Source: Protoeuglena noctilucae
Taxonomy: Eukaryota
Length of the DNA: 64,000 nt
Assembly: GCA_958009085.1 (NCBI GenBank)
Contig: OY253681.1
Location: 558,001-622,000, forward strand
Direction: 5' to 3'
Shown: piece after piece, positions 39,354 to 52,551 of the stretch
Layout of the letters: each line of letters opens with the position of its first letter
Position numbering within the stretch: the stretch's first letter is position 1
Made by a program: the position numbers and the translations under genes
The notes under the pieces: generated by a model
Told to the model about the DNA's origin: nothing
What the model saw: only the letters and a program-made list of their open reading frames with translations
Database searches by the model: none

Positions 39354-41461
39354 TCACTTCCTGCGGTGCTTGACGAGCATGGAGCCCAGGACGGCCGAGT
39401 CGAAGGGCGTGCCGAAGCTGGGCCCCGTGATGAAGTCGTCCGTGCCCAGCATGGCCCGCTGGTCCGCCGAGGAGGAGAAGGCGACCGAGGCGACGCCGTA
39501 GTTGCGGATGGTGGTCACCAGGTTGGGGTACTGCTGCGCCAGGGTCGGCTGCACCAGCACCATGTCCACCTTGGGGCCGTTCTGGCGGAAGTAGTCCAGG
39601 CACTGCACGGCCTCCTCGTCGGAGCGGATGATCTCGACCTGGATCTGGCTCCGCAGCTTGTTCAGCTCCTTCACGAAGAAGTTGCCCAGCTCCTCGTCCG
39701 CCGTGGCCACCACCACCAGGGCCGTGGCGGGCAGGTCGCCCATCGGGTTGCCGCGCGCGCTGCCCTTGCCGCGCAGGCTGCCCCGGATTTTGCTCTTCCA
39801 CCCGGCCTCAAGGTTGCCACCCGCGCGGTCGTCCTCGAGCTGCGGGTGCGGGGGCCAGGTGTCGAGGGGTCACGACGCGACACAGGCAGCACATCATGAC
39901 GAAACGAGGCGCCACGCCTGGCAGACCCCATCGCGGCACGCGACCGCCCCCGCCACCGAGCCTGCCGCGAGACTCACGTCGAGGGACGTGCGGGTCTTGA
40001 TGCCCTTGGACTTGAGCTGCCGGGCCAGGCGCTCGATCGACCGCCGGCGCGTGGTCAGGGCACGCGTGGAGTGCGTGACAGCCTCCTTGTCGTTCTCGTC
40101 GGCGAGCACCTGCAGGGCGAGGGAGGGGCGAGGTGAGACGAGGCGGCGCTCGTGACGCCACAGGCGTGGGCCTCGGCGACGCGACGCAGAGACCGCCGGC
40201 CTGGGGGGCACCGCGGCGCCGCCAGTCACCGTGAGCTCCCGCTCCTGGCCCAGGATGACGGTCTTGACGCGCTTGGTGTGGTGGCCGTTCATGACCACGT
40301 GCGTGTGGACCAGGTAGCGCAGGTACCAGGCGAACATGCCCCAGATGTTCTTGGAGATGAAGTCGATGATGGCGTGGGCGATGAGGTCGCCGTAGCGGTC
40401 GAGGTGCCCGAAGCCCGTGGGCCCGAACACGAACATGACGGGGAAGAGGGGCCAGGAGAGGAAGTAGGCCCAGGTGAGGAACTTGACGCCCCTCTGGCAG
40501 ATGCCCTGGGGGACGATGTAGTACGCCTCGATGTAGACCTGGGCGGCGTTGTAGAAGGTGTTGATGCCGAAGAGGGCCCCGACGCAGAAGAAGAAGATCT
40601 TGAGGCCGCCCCGGGAGAAGGCTGCCAGGATGCCAAACATGATGGTGCCCTGGTCGGACGTGAGGAGGACCATGGTGCGCTCGTTATACTCCTCGTTGAG
40701 GCCCGTCACGTTGGACAAGTGGATGAGCAGCACCGGGCACGTCAGCAGCCACTCCGTGTAGCGGAGCAGCACCACCGACTGGCCGTCCGCCACGTAGATC
40801 TTGAAGGGGACCGATTCGGCGAAGAAGACGTCCACGATGTAGTAGATACTCTCGATGAAGGCCACCCACAGCACCTCCCACCCGCAGGTGGCGTAGTAGT
40901 ACTGGGGGCGACGACGGGGCGGGCGTTCCGCGTGCATAGCTGGTCATGGGGGGAGAGGGGGCGTCCGCCGACACGCGTGACAATGCGGGCGGAAGTCAAC
41001 GCTGCCGGGACTCGCCTGGTACGCGAACCAGACGAAGCAGGCGAAGGACGCGATGAAGCAGAACCACGTGAGGACCTTGGCAGCCGTGTGCTCGTTCTCG
41101 GTCCCCGGCTTCATGTAGCTAATCTTGCAAGTGTTCGGCTGGTAATTCTCGACCTCGTAGCCCATCTCCTTGCAAGAGACCGGGCACGTGCAAACCCACT
41201 CGTCCTGCCTCTCGATGGACTTCATGTACTCCTCGTACAGCGTCGCCGAGAGGTTCGCCTGGGACGGAGCAGGCCGCGAAGAGGTCAGGAGCACGGATCA
41301 GGGGGCTAGAGCCAGGCGCGCCCTCGCGGAACCCCGCCACACACCTCAAGATATGCCTGGCCCTCGTCGGTGACGCCGCCAATCGTCTCGCCGAGGGTCG
41401 CCGCGCACAGCACCGCCATGATGGCTGCTAGAAGCAGCACAAACACCCTTCTCCCTCTCAT
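39354..41461 (-). CDS. Channelrhodopsin (signal peptide, 7TM rhodopsin, C-terminal receiver-like domain), 5 exons, 549 aa
   Basis: Exons 41461-41345, 41258-41016, 40901-40230, 40109-39978, 39839-39354 splice in frame. Motifs TCGWE, LRYTEWLLTCPVLLIHLSNVTGL, SDQGTI, YIEAYYIVPQGIC, SWPLFP, retinal Lys in AHAIIDFISKNIWG, and C-terminal GPSFG. Confidence 0.96.
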
Positions 41462-42236
41462 CCTCCCTGCAGACGTTGAGAGGAGCCGGGGGAGCGTTAA
41501 CAGGCTATCACATGCACTCTGCCGCCCCGACTGCGCGTCGACCGCCGAGTCTCCGCGAGCAGTCATCGTCATTCGAAATGAGGCCGCATGTCAAGCGCAG
41601 GAGGCTGCCTCTGCGCTGCGCGAGCAGCCAGAAGTGGGGTCGAGCCGACAGCGCCGCGATCAAGGTCCCGCGGTCCCTCTGCACTCCGATAGCTCACGAC
41701 AAACAGGGCGGCGCAATCGATGCCCGCCCCCGCCGACAAGACGAGCGGCCGGCGCGGGGCGAGTGTGCCCTAGGAGTCAACGGCCGCCCAGGCCTGGAGT
41801 AGCCGCCGTTGCGGTCCCCTTCAGTCACGCTGTGCTCATATTAGCCGTTCGTGGTTCCGAGTGCCGATGCGGACGCCAGCGCGAACGGCAGGGCGTGGAA
41901 TTCGGGCCCCCGATAGCAACTCCGGACCGCGTCCCGAAAAAGGCGAACGGAAGGGTGTGAGAGGTCGCTTAGCATCAATTGGTCCACCTAGAGTCAGAAT
42001 CGGTGCCGCAGAATGTCGCCCGACGCTCACCTGCCTCGATGTCTCGCTCGGCGTCTTCCCCCGAGTCTGCGCGGCGACGAAGCCCCGCCCTTTGCTCCGG
42101 ATGTCGCTTCTCGGTCCCAGCAACTCAGGCACGTCACGGCGGCGCAGGAGCTCAAGGCAGCAACTCTGAACTCAGGCACGCACTTGAAGCTGACGTCGAG
42201 CCGTCAGAACCTACCCCCGACCGGACCTGAGGCGAC

Positions 42237-43890
42237 CTAGCGACTCGGCGCTATAGCTACTGGTTGCGGCGGTCGAGCCGCGGCGACACGCTCAGGCGGC
42301 CACCCGAACACGGACCCGAAGAGGAAGTGCTGCACCACGGGGAGCTTGGCCAACACCTCGGCTTGGTACATCTTCATCATGCCCACGTTGACCTGTGCCG
42401 CAAGCGACGGACTGCAGTGATGTCTCGACACGCAATGCAATTGATTTCACCCCGCCAGACGGTCACCACATGCGCCTTTGACTCGCCTTCGACCATGACA
42501 CCACGCCGGAGATGTCGTTCAGCATCGGGGATGTCTCCGCCAGGGGACCCTTCTTCACGCTCTTGACGAACGCCACGCATCCTGCGCCGGCGACGGAGGT
42601 GGACGATGCAGCACCCAGAGAGAGCTCCATCAGCCCCCATGCAAAGGCAAGTGACGCGCACCGAAGTACAGGTACTCGGAACTGAACTCCTCGAGGTAGC
42701 GCTCGTTGTGGATGGAAGAGGGCTGGAGGAGCGGGTGGTCGACGAGCTGAGCCGCACCCCAGAAGAACGGGAGGAACTGGTAGTCGTCCAGTCCCCACAC
42801 TGCGGGGGTGCAGCCGTTTGCGCGCGTCGCAGCGCCTGTGCCCTCGACTCCTGCCGAGACTATCGCAGCCAGCATGGCCAACTGCCCTGTCGCCGCCCCT
42901 TACGCACCTCCCTGGGACCCCGCAGGCTCCAGCCAGTAGGTCGTCTGGATGCGCCGCACCAGATCCAAGTACCGCTTGAACACGCGCAACACCAGCGCTT
43001 TTCGGTCCGCATCCGTCACCACGCCAAGCTTGGCCAGGCAGAAGAGGAGAGCGGCAAGGTTCGTCTCGTGGCCAGTGCCGTAGTCAATTCGCGTCGCGTT
43101 GCCAAAAGACTCCACCAGGTACGGGGCCAGCTCGACCGCGGCGCCCTTCCATGTCTCGGGAAGCACCTCTTCTGCAGCCGACGTATGCGACAGGGTGCTT
43201 TGCCCGCTGCTTTAGACAGGACCTGCTCGGCCCAGCGAGCGCAAGCCTCGCACCCAACATGGACTCCGCCCTGCTCTCAATAGCAGCGTACAGCTTCCGG
43301 AAAGCCGGGTTGCCGTAGCGCATCGCCTGGGCCGCCGGCGGCACCTCGCTGACCATGGCGTCGATGCGGTCCAGCATGCGAAGGAGGGCCTGCAGGGGTG
43401 GAGCGGCGCTCTCAGCGGACGCACCACCAGGCCTGATGCACCCGCTTGACGGAGTCGAAACCAACCTGGCAGGAGTCGGATACGAATGCTTGAGCGGAGA
43501 GGGTCTGGCCTTTCACAGCCTCGTTCAGGCTCATCAAGAAGGCCACGAACTCTCTCGCGGCGTCCGAACGTAGGAACGCCTCCATGTCTTGCTGCGACGT
43601 GATGTGCCGAGACGCGGGCTGCAGGGGACGGGCGAGGGAGTGCGTAACCGTATCCACCGGCGGGTTCGCCGCCGCGAAGCGCCCGCGCCGGTCCCCAGTC
43701 AGACCTGCCACACTCGACCGTCCACGTGCATCAGGGGGGCTGGCATGGCCGGGTTGGCTTTGATCAGGTACGGCGCGGGGCGCCGGGCCGCGCTCGACGC
43801 GAAGTTGGTGGCCTGATTGGCTGCGCCCGAGTGCCCCACGCCCGTCTGGTCCCCTCTTGCGAGAGCCCAGGGGGCCTTGGTGGGCTCCAT
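42237..43890 (-). CDS. PTPA: PP2A phosphatase activator (PTPA/RRD)
   Basis: [87 protein letters not shown]. Confidence 0.95.
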
Positions 43891-44441
43891 CAGCCGCTCT
43901 GGCTCTTGCTTTGTGCAGGCTATGCAGTGGAAAAAGTTGCTCACCAAAAAAAGGACTGCTACTCGTGGGGGAACCGGGCAGCACGCTATCAGCGAACCTT
44001 GAAGTGGCCCCACAGGCAGCTTGAGTCACCGCGGAAGATGACCTCGCCGGGCCTCGGACGACGTGTGGCGTAAGGACCGTGCGCCAGATCGCCCGTCTGC
44101 CGCGCTCGGCGGGGCCCCCGCGCCTCACCAGCGCAGGCGAAGCAGTTCGTGAGACAGAGTAACAGTTTCAGCAGGGGACTCCTTCCCACATTGTCTGCGT
44201 CTTGTGGAGGCCCCTGCGCTGAGAGAAAGCTGAGAAGATGGCTGCACGAAGCTTCGGCTGTGAAATGAGCTGATACTGGAGTCGTGTCCGCCAAATGGTT
44301 TTCGAGGCGCGCAATGCCCGCGAGAGCCTCGTCATCCATGAGGCACGTGCCGCCAGCCGCGGTGTTTGCATTTGAAATCTCCGGGCCGCCGGGCTTCAGC
44401 AAGCTCGTTGCGCGCTCAAATGCGTGTGCAGGTACACGTCG

Positions 44442-47400
44442 ATGACGGCCTCCCCGCGCTTCCATCCTCTGCAGGAGAGCAAGAGGCTGCTGATGCAGGC
44501 GCACCTACGTTCTGAGAAGCAGGGTCGTCCGGATGAACCGCGGGGTAGCGTCGCGATATCCTCTGCTGAGTTCCAAGGTATGGCTCGCGAGGGCGCGCGC
44601 CTGCACTCGCAGGGGTGTCGATCACGGGGACGCACGGACATTGTCGCCCTTGCACGCAGAGTTCACGCGGGAGGTGGCCGCGCGAATCATCCAGCATCAC
44701 TGGAAACGGTGGAAGGCTTCTGTCAGTTCCTCGTACAGGGCAGGCGAGTCGCGCGGCGTCGCAGGCACGGTACATCCTAGCGGACGGGGCAGGGGTGCAA
44801 GTCATGACGCTGTGTCCCGCCGCGCCTGCAGTGCGTCGAGGTCCCAGCCTGTCCAACAAGGGGCTCGCAGGTCGGAGCGCACCCAGCATGGCCATGAGGC
44901 ACGAGCGTCCCCAGACGCTGAGGGTGGGGGGCGTGAGGGGAGTCACCCCGGCACGCCCGGCAGAGAGCGACGCGTCCGGGATGTCGTCCACCCCATCGAC
45001 GCCCCAACCGCGCCCATCTGCGCCGGCCTCCGCTGTGCCGGGGCCCCACCTGGCAGGGGCCGGCAGGGGCATCTCCCAGGCTGGGGTCACGCACCGGGCA
45101 CGTGATGTCCCAGATGTGCTCGACCTGGACCAGTCAGACACGGACCAGGAGACGTCCTTGAGGGAGATGCGCCGTCAGATGCGGGAGCGCCAGGCTGGCA
45201 CGGGGAGGGCGGAGGCGGGGACGCGTGGGTCCCAGCCTGCGGTAGTGCAAGAGATGTCGGGCCATGAAGGGACTCACCGCGTCAGCCGCGCTCACCCCAC
45301 CTCCCGCGGTGCTATCGAGGCTCCCGAACACCACTCGGAACGACACGTGGCCCGGGAGGCCGTCCCAGCATCCCCGGGCCCCCAGGCGTCAGGCATCAGC
45401 GAGTGGAGCGTGAGCTCTATGAGCTCCTTCTTGGCGCCGGGGAACCTGTCGGCAATTAGCCGAGAAGCATCGTCCTCTGGGCTCGCCTCCGAGGCGGCGG
45501 GCGTCGCGCTGCGTGACGTGGCCAAGACCAGGGGTGGGGCGGCACCTGCAAGGGTGGGCCAGAGGGACGGTAGAGGTGGGTCCGGGGCGCGAGCGCCGCC
45601 GCCAGACAGGGGCGTTGCCTCCCGAAGCCGGTCTCGAGGCAGGGGGGGGATGCCTGCTGCCAGTACCCGTCCCAGCGTGTCCCGCGCTCAAGGGAGTGGC
45701 GCTGGCACGGGCAGGGGCGCCCCAGCTCGGCAACCCGGGGCGGGGGGGAGAGCTCTGCGAGGGGGATGCGATGCATCCACAAGCACAGCTGCAAAGGGTG
45801 AGAGTGAGTGTAGGAGGGGCACACTGCGGCACTGTCAGCAACGCTGATAGTACAGTGACTACAGTGACTTGACCAGACGCGTCTGCTAGCCAGTGCGTCC
45901 CACCCCAGACCCTTACGAGCACCCCGCAGTCACTCTCGCAGGCCGACCGAGGAAGGCGGAAGTTGCCAGGGCACCACAGCCTGCCGCGACTCACAGTCAC
46001 ATCGGCGACCTCGAGGACGATGTGAGCGACGCCGACGACGACCTGCCCCGGGCGCCGGCACCGGCTTCGTCCATAGCCCCCGACCTGGCGCGCCGGGCCC
46101 ATGCGGATGGGTTTCGCGAGTGGGACACCTCCCACGAGTCGGTGGGGGCGCACCAGGCCGCGCGGCTGCGGGGCCGTGACCACGGGGCCAGCGGGGAGTG
46201 GGGAGGGTCGGCCACAACGACCGCGGCGGCGCCGGGCACGCCTCGTGTGGGCGGCATGTCCCGCGCCAGTTACTCGGGGCTGAGCTCCCGCGGGCGCAGC
46301 CGCGACAGCTCCGTGCTGGAGCCTCGCCGGAGAGACGGCAGGGTCGCGGACCACGCCTCGCACGGCGCCCTGGCGGGCGAGGCATCGCAGCTCTCGCAGT
46401 TCACGGTGGTGACGGAGGAGGACCTGTCGTGCAGCAGCGGCGGGGGGGACGCAGCGGGCGCCGATGCCGCGGGCGTCTTGAATGGGCGGGGGGCAAGCGT
46501 AGGGGGAGATGCGGGTGGCAGTCACGCCCGGGCTCGGCAGGCCAGCGCGGGACTGTACGTGTGCGGCACGGACGACGACGACGAGTCGTGCGTGGGACCG
46601 GAGGACGAGACCCCTGACTCGTCCCCCGCCAAGGGCGCGGAGGCCGGGGTGGCGGGCACGGGGGCGAACGACGCGCAGGTGCCGAGCTCCACGGAGACGA
46701 CGGGCGTGGTCGGGGCCCGGGTGTTTGAGGGTGCGGCGCGCGGCCACACCCCCGAGACGCGGCAGCACACGCCGGGGTCCCTGGCCCACTCGGCGGGGCT
46801 AAAGGGGTCGGGATCCGCTGCCGCCACGTCCGCACCGGGGACCGTGTCCACTACGCCACCGTCCATGGCGGTGTCGCGGGTGGCGATGGCTGGCGCAGGG
46901 GCGGGGCCAACACAACAGGGCGGCGTCGTGCCCTCCCGGCGAAGCCGAGAGGCGTCGAGCGCCCGCAAGTCCCTGCAGGGCAGCCTCGATGCGCTGCTTG
47001 GCCCCCAAGGGGCGCAGCTGGCGGGGACATCGGCTGGGGAGGAACCCGGGCGCTGCAGCGCCGAGGGTCGGGTGTCCTCCGGCACGGCAGTTGGGGACCT
47101 CAAGTGCGACGCCGAGCAAGGCGCGCGTGGCAGCCATGTGGCGAGCATCCTGCGCTTCTTGGAGGTACGTGGCGGGACGCGTTTTGATATCTGGGCTCCT
47201 GGAGGGCGTTGAATGCGCTTCGTGCAGGGCATGCCAGCATGCACCTCTTGCATCCCATCTGCGACGGTGCAACTTGAGATGATCCCCATCTGTGCCGTGC
47301 AGGAGTCCGAGAGGGAGACCGCCGAGACGGCTGCACCAACATCCCGAGGCGCACAGGCCCTGCCCCCCTGCGGCCCCGCTCCCCACGCGTCTGCGAATGG

Positions 47401-49867
47401 GGCGCGGGACCTGCCCCAAGGCGGGGTTGCGGCAAGCGGCCACCTCCCGGACACCCGGGACGCGGCGGACGGGGACCGGTCGGCAACGCTGGCCGCCGCC
47501 GTGCTGGGGGGTATCAAGGAGGTGGGTCGGCCTGGCCTAGCTCTCTTGCAGACTTCCCTCCGTCTGTAGCGCCGACTTGATCGCCACCTGTCGCCCCCCT
47601 CCCACGATCTCTGCCCCCGTACCCAGCGCCTGGCCCGCTACGAGGCGGCGTTGGACGAGCGCACACGCCGGGTGGGGGCCCTCGAGGCGCAGCTGGCGGA
47701 GGAACGGGTCACGCACTGCGCGCGGCTCGAGGAGGCGCAGGCGGCTGCGGCACGCGACGCCGACGCACAGCGGCGCGAGGGGGAGGCCGCGCTCCGCCGG
47801 CACCTGGAGTTCATAGACCGCCTGCTGGGAGACAAGGAGGCGCTGGCGGCACGGTGCGAGGAGCTCGCGGGGCAGGCGGAGGCGCAGGGAGCGCGGCACC
47901 AGGCGCAGGTGGCGGCGATGCGGGCCGAGTTTGTCAAGGAGCTCAAGAGGCGAGTGCGGGGGGACGGGGTGGGAGGGCATGACATCGTGAGTGCGTTTGC
48001 TTGAGTGCTATAGAGGATGGCGATGGGTTTGGGTCAGCCTCGCACCGTCTCGACCACGCAGGCACAAGGAGGCGTGGGCTGCGGCGGAGCAGGCCCGGCG
48101 GGATGCGTGGAGCCGGGAGCGGGAGGCGGAGATCAAGGAGGCCACGGTGCGCGGCCTGGAGCCCGAGGTGCAGCGCCTGGTGGCACGCCACCGGGGCGAG
48201 GTGCGGCGGGTGGAGCAGGCCATGCGGGAGGAGCACGAGCGGGAGAGGGAGCGGCTGGCGGAGGAGCACAGGGCCGAGTGCCGGAAGCTGCGGCAGGAGA
48301 CGGCCGAGAGGGTGGAGGAGGCCGTGGAGCGGGAGCGGGAGGCGGGGGCGGAGCGGGCGCGGGTGGCGCGGGAGGCGGCTGAGGCAGCGGCCGCGGCGCA
48401 GCGGACGCGGCTGCTGGGGGAGTGCGACGCACGCGTGGCGGAGGCCGAGGCGGCGCGGCGGGCCGAGAGGGACCGGGCGGCGGCGGAGGTGGAGGCGTGC
48501 CGGGCGGCCGCGGACGAGCGCGTGCGGCAGGTGCGGGATGCTTTGGAGGAGGAGCGACGCGCGGGGGAGGCACGGGTGCGGCGGGCCCTCGAGGTGCAGG
48601 CGCAGGTGAGGGCGGTCGCGGGGTGGCACGGGGCTGGTGGGGTCGCTGCTGAGACCAGCTTTGTCGCCTTGTCAGAGCACAACCTGCCGCTCGGCCAGTC
48701 TGTGTGTGTGTCCATCCCTTGCAATAGCTCATGTCCTCCCGTTTCGCGTCCCCCCAGGAGTGGGAGGTCCAGCAGGAGGCGTGGCGGCAGGCAGTGGCCG
48801 AGCGTGCCAAGCGGGCGCTGGCAGAGAAGGAGGAGGAGCTCCGGGAGCAGCTGGCCCAGCAGCAGCGGCGAGAAATCGACGCCGTGGCGGACCGGTGAGG
48901 GCTCCAGAGGGCCTGCGCCTCCCATGCCATCTTCGCGAGGGTCTCTAATGGCGCGAGCATGGCCCCTCCTGCTCCGAGCTGGGTGCCTTCAAGATCACCT
49001 CTGCTGTGTCGCAGGCTGGAGCGCGAGCACGCGGACCAGATCGAGCAGCTGACGCGGTCCGTTGCGCGGGCGCACCAAAACCGCATCGACGATCTCATGG
49101 GGGAGGTGAGGCGCCAGCCCTGACATCCGCTTCTGGGCCAAGTGCAGGAGGCTCGCGACGTGCCACACCGTGAGCCCCACCGGCGAATCCCCGCCTCCCG
49201 CAGGTGAGCCGCCTCAAGGCTCTGTTGTCCGCCACCACCGCTTCCCAGGAGGAGGCCGAGGGGCGCGCGCGGGGGGCCGACGAGGAGGTCAAGCGGCTGC
49301 GGCGGGCTCTGACGGAGGCATCCCAGCAGTACCTCGACCTGGAGAGGAAGGTGAGGGCGGGTGCAGGGGTGCGTGCGGACGAGAGGCGTGAGGCGTGCGC
49401 CTGTCGTGTCATATATGCGGCTGAAAAGTGCCGTGAGGCGTGGAGTGAGCGCCTGTCGCGTCCCGCACACAGGCGCGGGATGCAGAGCATGACTGGCAAG
49501 ACAGGGCGGAGGCGGTGCGTCGCCTGCACGAGGAGCGGGCGTCCCTGGCCGAGAGAGAGATCGCCGAGGCACGCAAGGAGTGCCAGGAGCTGCGGGCGCG
49601 CCTCGTCGATGCCATGAAGGTGCGGGAGCGCAGGCAGGTGTGCCGTGCAGCTGGGGCGGAGGGTTGGGCGACGTGTGACGCGGCCCTGATGCCGTGCGTC
49701 CGCAGAAGATGGACGACACGAAGCGCTTGCACCAGGAGCAGATGGCGGCGGTGGAGGCGCGGGTGCGGGCGACGGTGGTGGCCAAGGACGAGGCCATCGC
49801 CCGCCTCCGCGCGGAGCTGGGGACGGTCACAGAGCAACTGCGGAAAGCCGAGGACCTCTGCGCCTAG
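44442..49867 (+). CDS. CEP131: Centrosomal protein CEP131 (AZI1)-like: IQ motif, long low-complexity linker, coiled-coil C-terminus
   Basis: IQ-like EVAARIIQHHWKRWK; EAALRRHLEFIDRLLGDKEALAARCEEL; REAEIKEATVRGLEPEVQRLVARH; terminal RVRATVVAKDEAIARLR. Start uncertain and may be around 44314. Confidence 0.8.
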
Positions 49868-49914
49868 GCCGACGACTGGCACTGGATTGATGCATGCTGG
49901 CGCCCTTCAACGCC

Positions 49915-51135
49915 CTACCCTGTCGCAAAGGTATACTCCACCTCCCTGCCGTCGTAGTCCACGGCCTTCCCTGTCCTCTGGACGGACAGGAAAGCCCGCA
50001 GGGCAGCCGTGGCGCGTGGGGGCCACCGACCCCGGACGCGGTCCACGGCAGCCGCCTTGGAGTAAAGGAAGCCTCCCAGCCCATCCTGCGACGGGCCGAC
50101 AGGGCAGGCAGAACGTGACACGAAGCTGGCAGGTGCTTGGCGCTGGCATCTGCCCAACCAAGCCAGGCCTACGCTTACCTGGCTCGACTGTAAGGCACTC
50201 CACTCCCCCTCGGCGCCCGCCTCGTCCCCCAGACCCCACAGGAAGGCAACGAGGGCGCAACGTGCGTCGAGGAAGTCCCCGTCGCGCCGTAGGAGTTGCC
50301 TTGCCACTCTGGGCGAACGAGAGGGTCAGGGGAGGGGATGGTTTGACAGCAGAGAAGCAAGTCCATCCAACTCTCGCCAGGGGCTGTCATCGGCACACCT
50401 GACGGCTTCCTGGTCCCTGCCCTGCTGGAAGCGTGCCAACGACAGGTTGGCCAGCGCGATGGCCTGCAAGCAGCATGGCTGGCCGGTTAGGCACGGTGAA
50501 CTGGGTCGCACCCACGCATCTGAGAGCTGCTCCTTCCGAGGGATGCAAGTGCGCAACGACTTGCCTCCATCTCTGGGTCCTGGGACGCCGCCTTGTAGCT
50601 TGCAGCAGCACCATCCCAGTCACCCAGCGCCCCCTGAGCGTTCCCGAGGTTGTTGAGGACCACAGCATCCGCGCGGCCCTTGGATGCGGTCTCCAGTGCC
50701 GCTGCGTGCTCCAGGTCGGCGGCGGCCCCGCGCCAGTCTCCCCGCTGCAGCCGGCTCGTGCCCCGATTCGACCAGCTGGCGGAGTTGCCGGGGTCCAAGT
50801 CGATGGCTCTGGACCACAGTGACTCGGTGTTCTCCGGCGTCACCATGGCCTGAGGGAACGCAGGGGCTCTGATAACCGCATTATCCGGCCGCGCTCTCAT
50901 TCACAGGCAATTCAAGCGTCGTGTCAGCCACCTGCCGATACAACTCGACGAGCTGCGGATCGATTCGAGCTTCGGCTGGTTGTTCGGGGAGGAGAACGAG
51001 CGTCCCCGTCGTCAAAAGTCCCAAAATGCCTCTCCTGCCGAGTAACGTACATGCACATTTGCAATCGCGGGCGGCCGCCCCTCGAACTCGGCCACATCGG
51101 CCCAGGTTGGTGTGCACGGCATGCATCGCAAGCAT
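49915..51135 (-). CDS. Plastid (probably thylakoid-lumen) TPR protein
   Basis: Twin-Arg + hydrophobic + AxA signal (GRRGILGLLTTGTLVLLPEQPAEA); TPRs WSRAIDLDP..SASWSNRG, VVLNNLGNAQGALGDW; DARCALVAFLW; C-terminal RWPPRATAALRAFL. Confidence 0.8.
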
Positions 51136-51413
51136 AATCCGTCTCAGCGTGCGGGCGGTCGCATTGCTGTTACGGCTCGATTCGGCATCGTTTAGAATAA
51201 GTGCGACTTTACAAACTGGGACTGCGGCACCGCCTTATGAGGCTCCTAGCTCTAGGAGCCAGCCTGAGGCGTCGCCAGTCCTGACACATGGCAATGCCGC
51301 GGGGCGAATGCAACCTCGCGCAGCACCGCGGCGTTGGAGGCGGTCGACAGGGTCACAGGCAGTCACCGGCGCGACCGGCAACTCTCAGTATGCCGCTGCT
51401 CACGTCTGCTCGC

Positions 51414-52551
51414 TCACTGCAGCTCGTTGATGATGATTTCCTTGATCTGGTCAGCCGGCAGCATGCCCTCGGTGCGGAGCGCGGGCTTGGTCTTGTCGGG
51501 GCTAATGAACACGAGCGTTGGGAGGCCCCTGCGAGGAGCGGGCACGACTGCGTCCCGACCCGCAGCGCCGACACGCTCCCACGCTTCCCTATTCGCCCCT
51601 CTAACCCCCAATTCCTCACCTGATCTGCAGCTGCTGTGCCAGGTCCTCCTCCTCGTCGCAGTCCACTTTCAAAATCTTGACAGCGTCACCCATATCGGCG
51701 GCCACCGCCTCCAGCTCCTTGGCCAGCATCAAGCACGGGCCACACCATCTGCGGGCACGCGGCGACCGGTGAAACCTGGTTTGTGGAAGCAACGCAACGG
51801 CCGCAACCAACGCAGAGCGACACAGCTGCTGCAAGGAACCATGGCGCACAGTTGCGCGGCTCACGTCGCATAAAAGTCGATGACGATCGGCCTGTCGCGC
51901 TCGGCGATGGCGATTTCCAGGCCCGACGCGTCCACCTTCTCGACCTGCCCCTGCGAGCGGACAGCAGAGAGGCGTCGGCGTGCCCTCAAGAGCATGGCGC
52001 CTTGCTGCGCCGTCCCACGGCCCCGCCGGTGCCCGAACCACGCCCAGCCTGATTAGCACGCCACCCTCAGCATGAACAGGGCGTGATGCAGGCAAGGAGC
52101 TCAGGAAGTCTGGCGCGTGGGACGGCCCCGGGCCGTAACAACAACAGCGGGCTTCGGCGGTCGTCAGGGAGACGAGCAGCGCACGGCGAGGGCCAGTCAG
52201 GGGGTCACGGCAACATCGACGTAGCATAGCCTCGCATGGGCTGGATAACAGGGCACAAAAAGCTCTACCGTCGGCCGGCGGGGATCTCGGCACGTCACCA
52301 AGAAAGCCGACGCACTGCTCCTCGCCTGTGCGCGTACGAGCTCCCTGCGCGGCACCCGGTCCCTCCTTACAGACAAAACAAGCCCAAGAGGCCGCCGAAC
52401 CGCCCCCTGCGGGCAAGAAAGCGGCCATCGGTCGCCATACGGGCGCGATGACACGAACGCCGCCCTGCCATCCCATGCATGCCCCCACGACCGCCACCTG
52501 AATAGTCGGGGGGGTGGCCCTGGGCAACAGGGCACACCGCAGGCGCTGCAT
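51414..52551 (-). CDS. TRXz: Thioredoxin z (CITRX)
   Basis: [64 protein letters not shown]. Start inferred. Confidence 0.88.

Noticed and set aside
48060..48610. Repetitive GAGCGG/GCGG-rich tract resembling a tandem repeat
   Set aside because: It is explained by the Glu/Arg/Ala coiled coil of CEP131.
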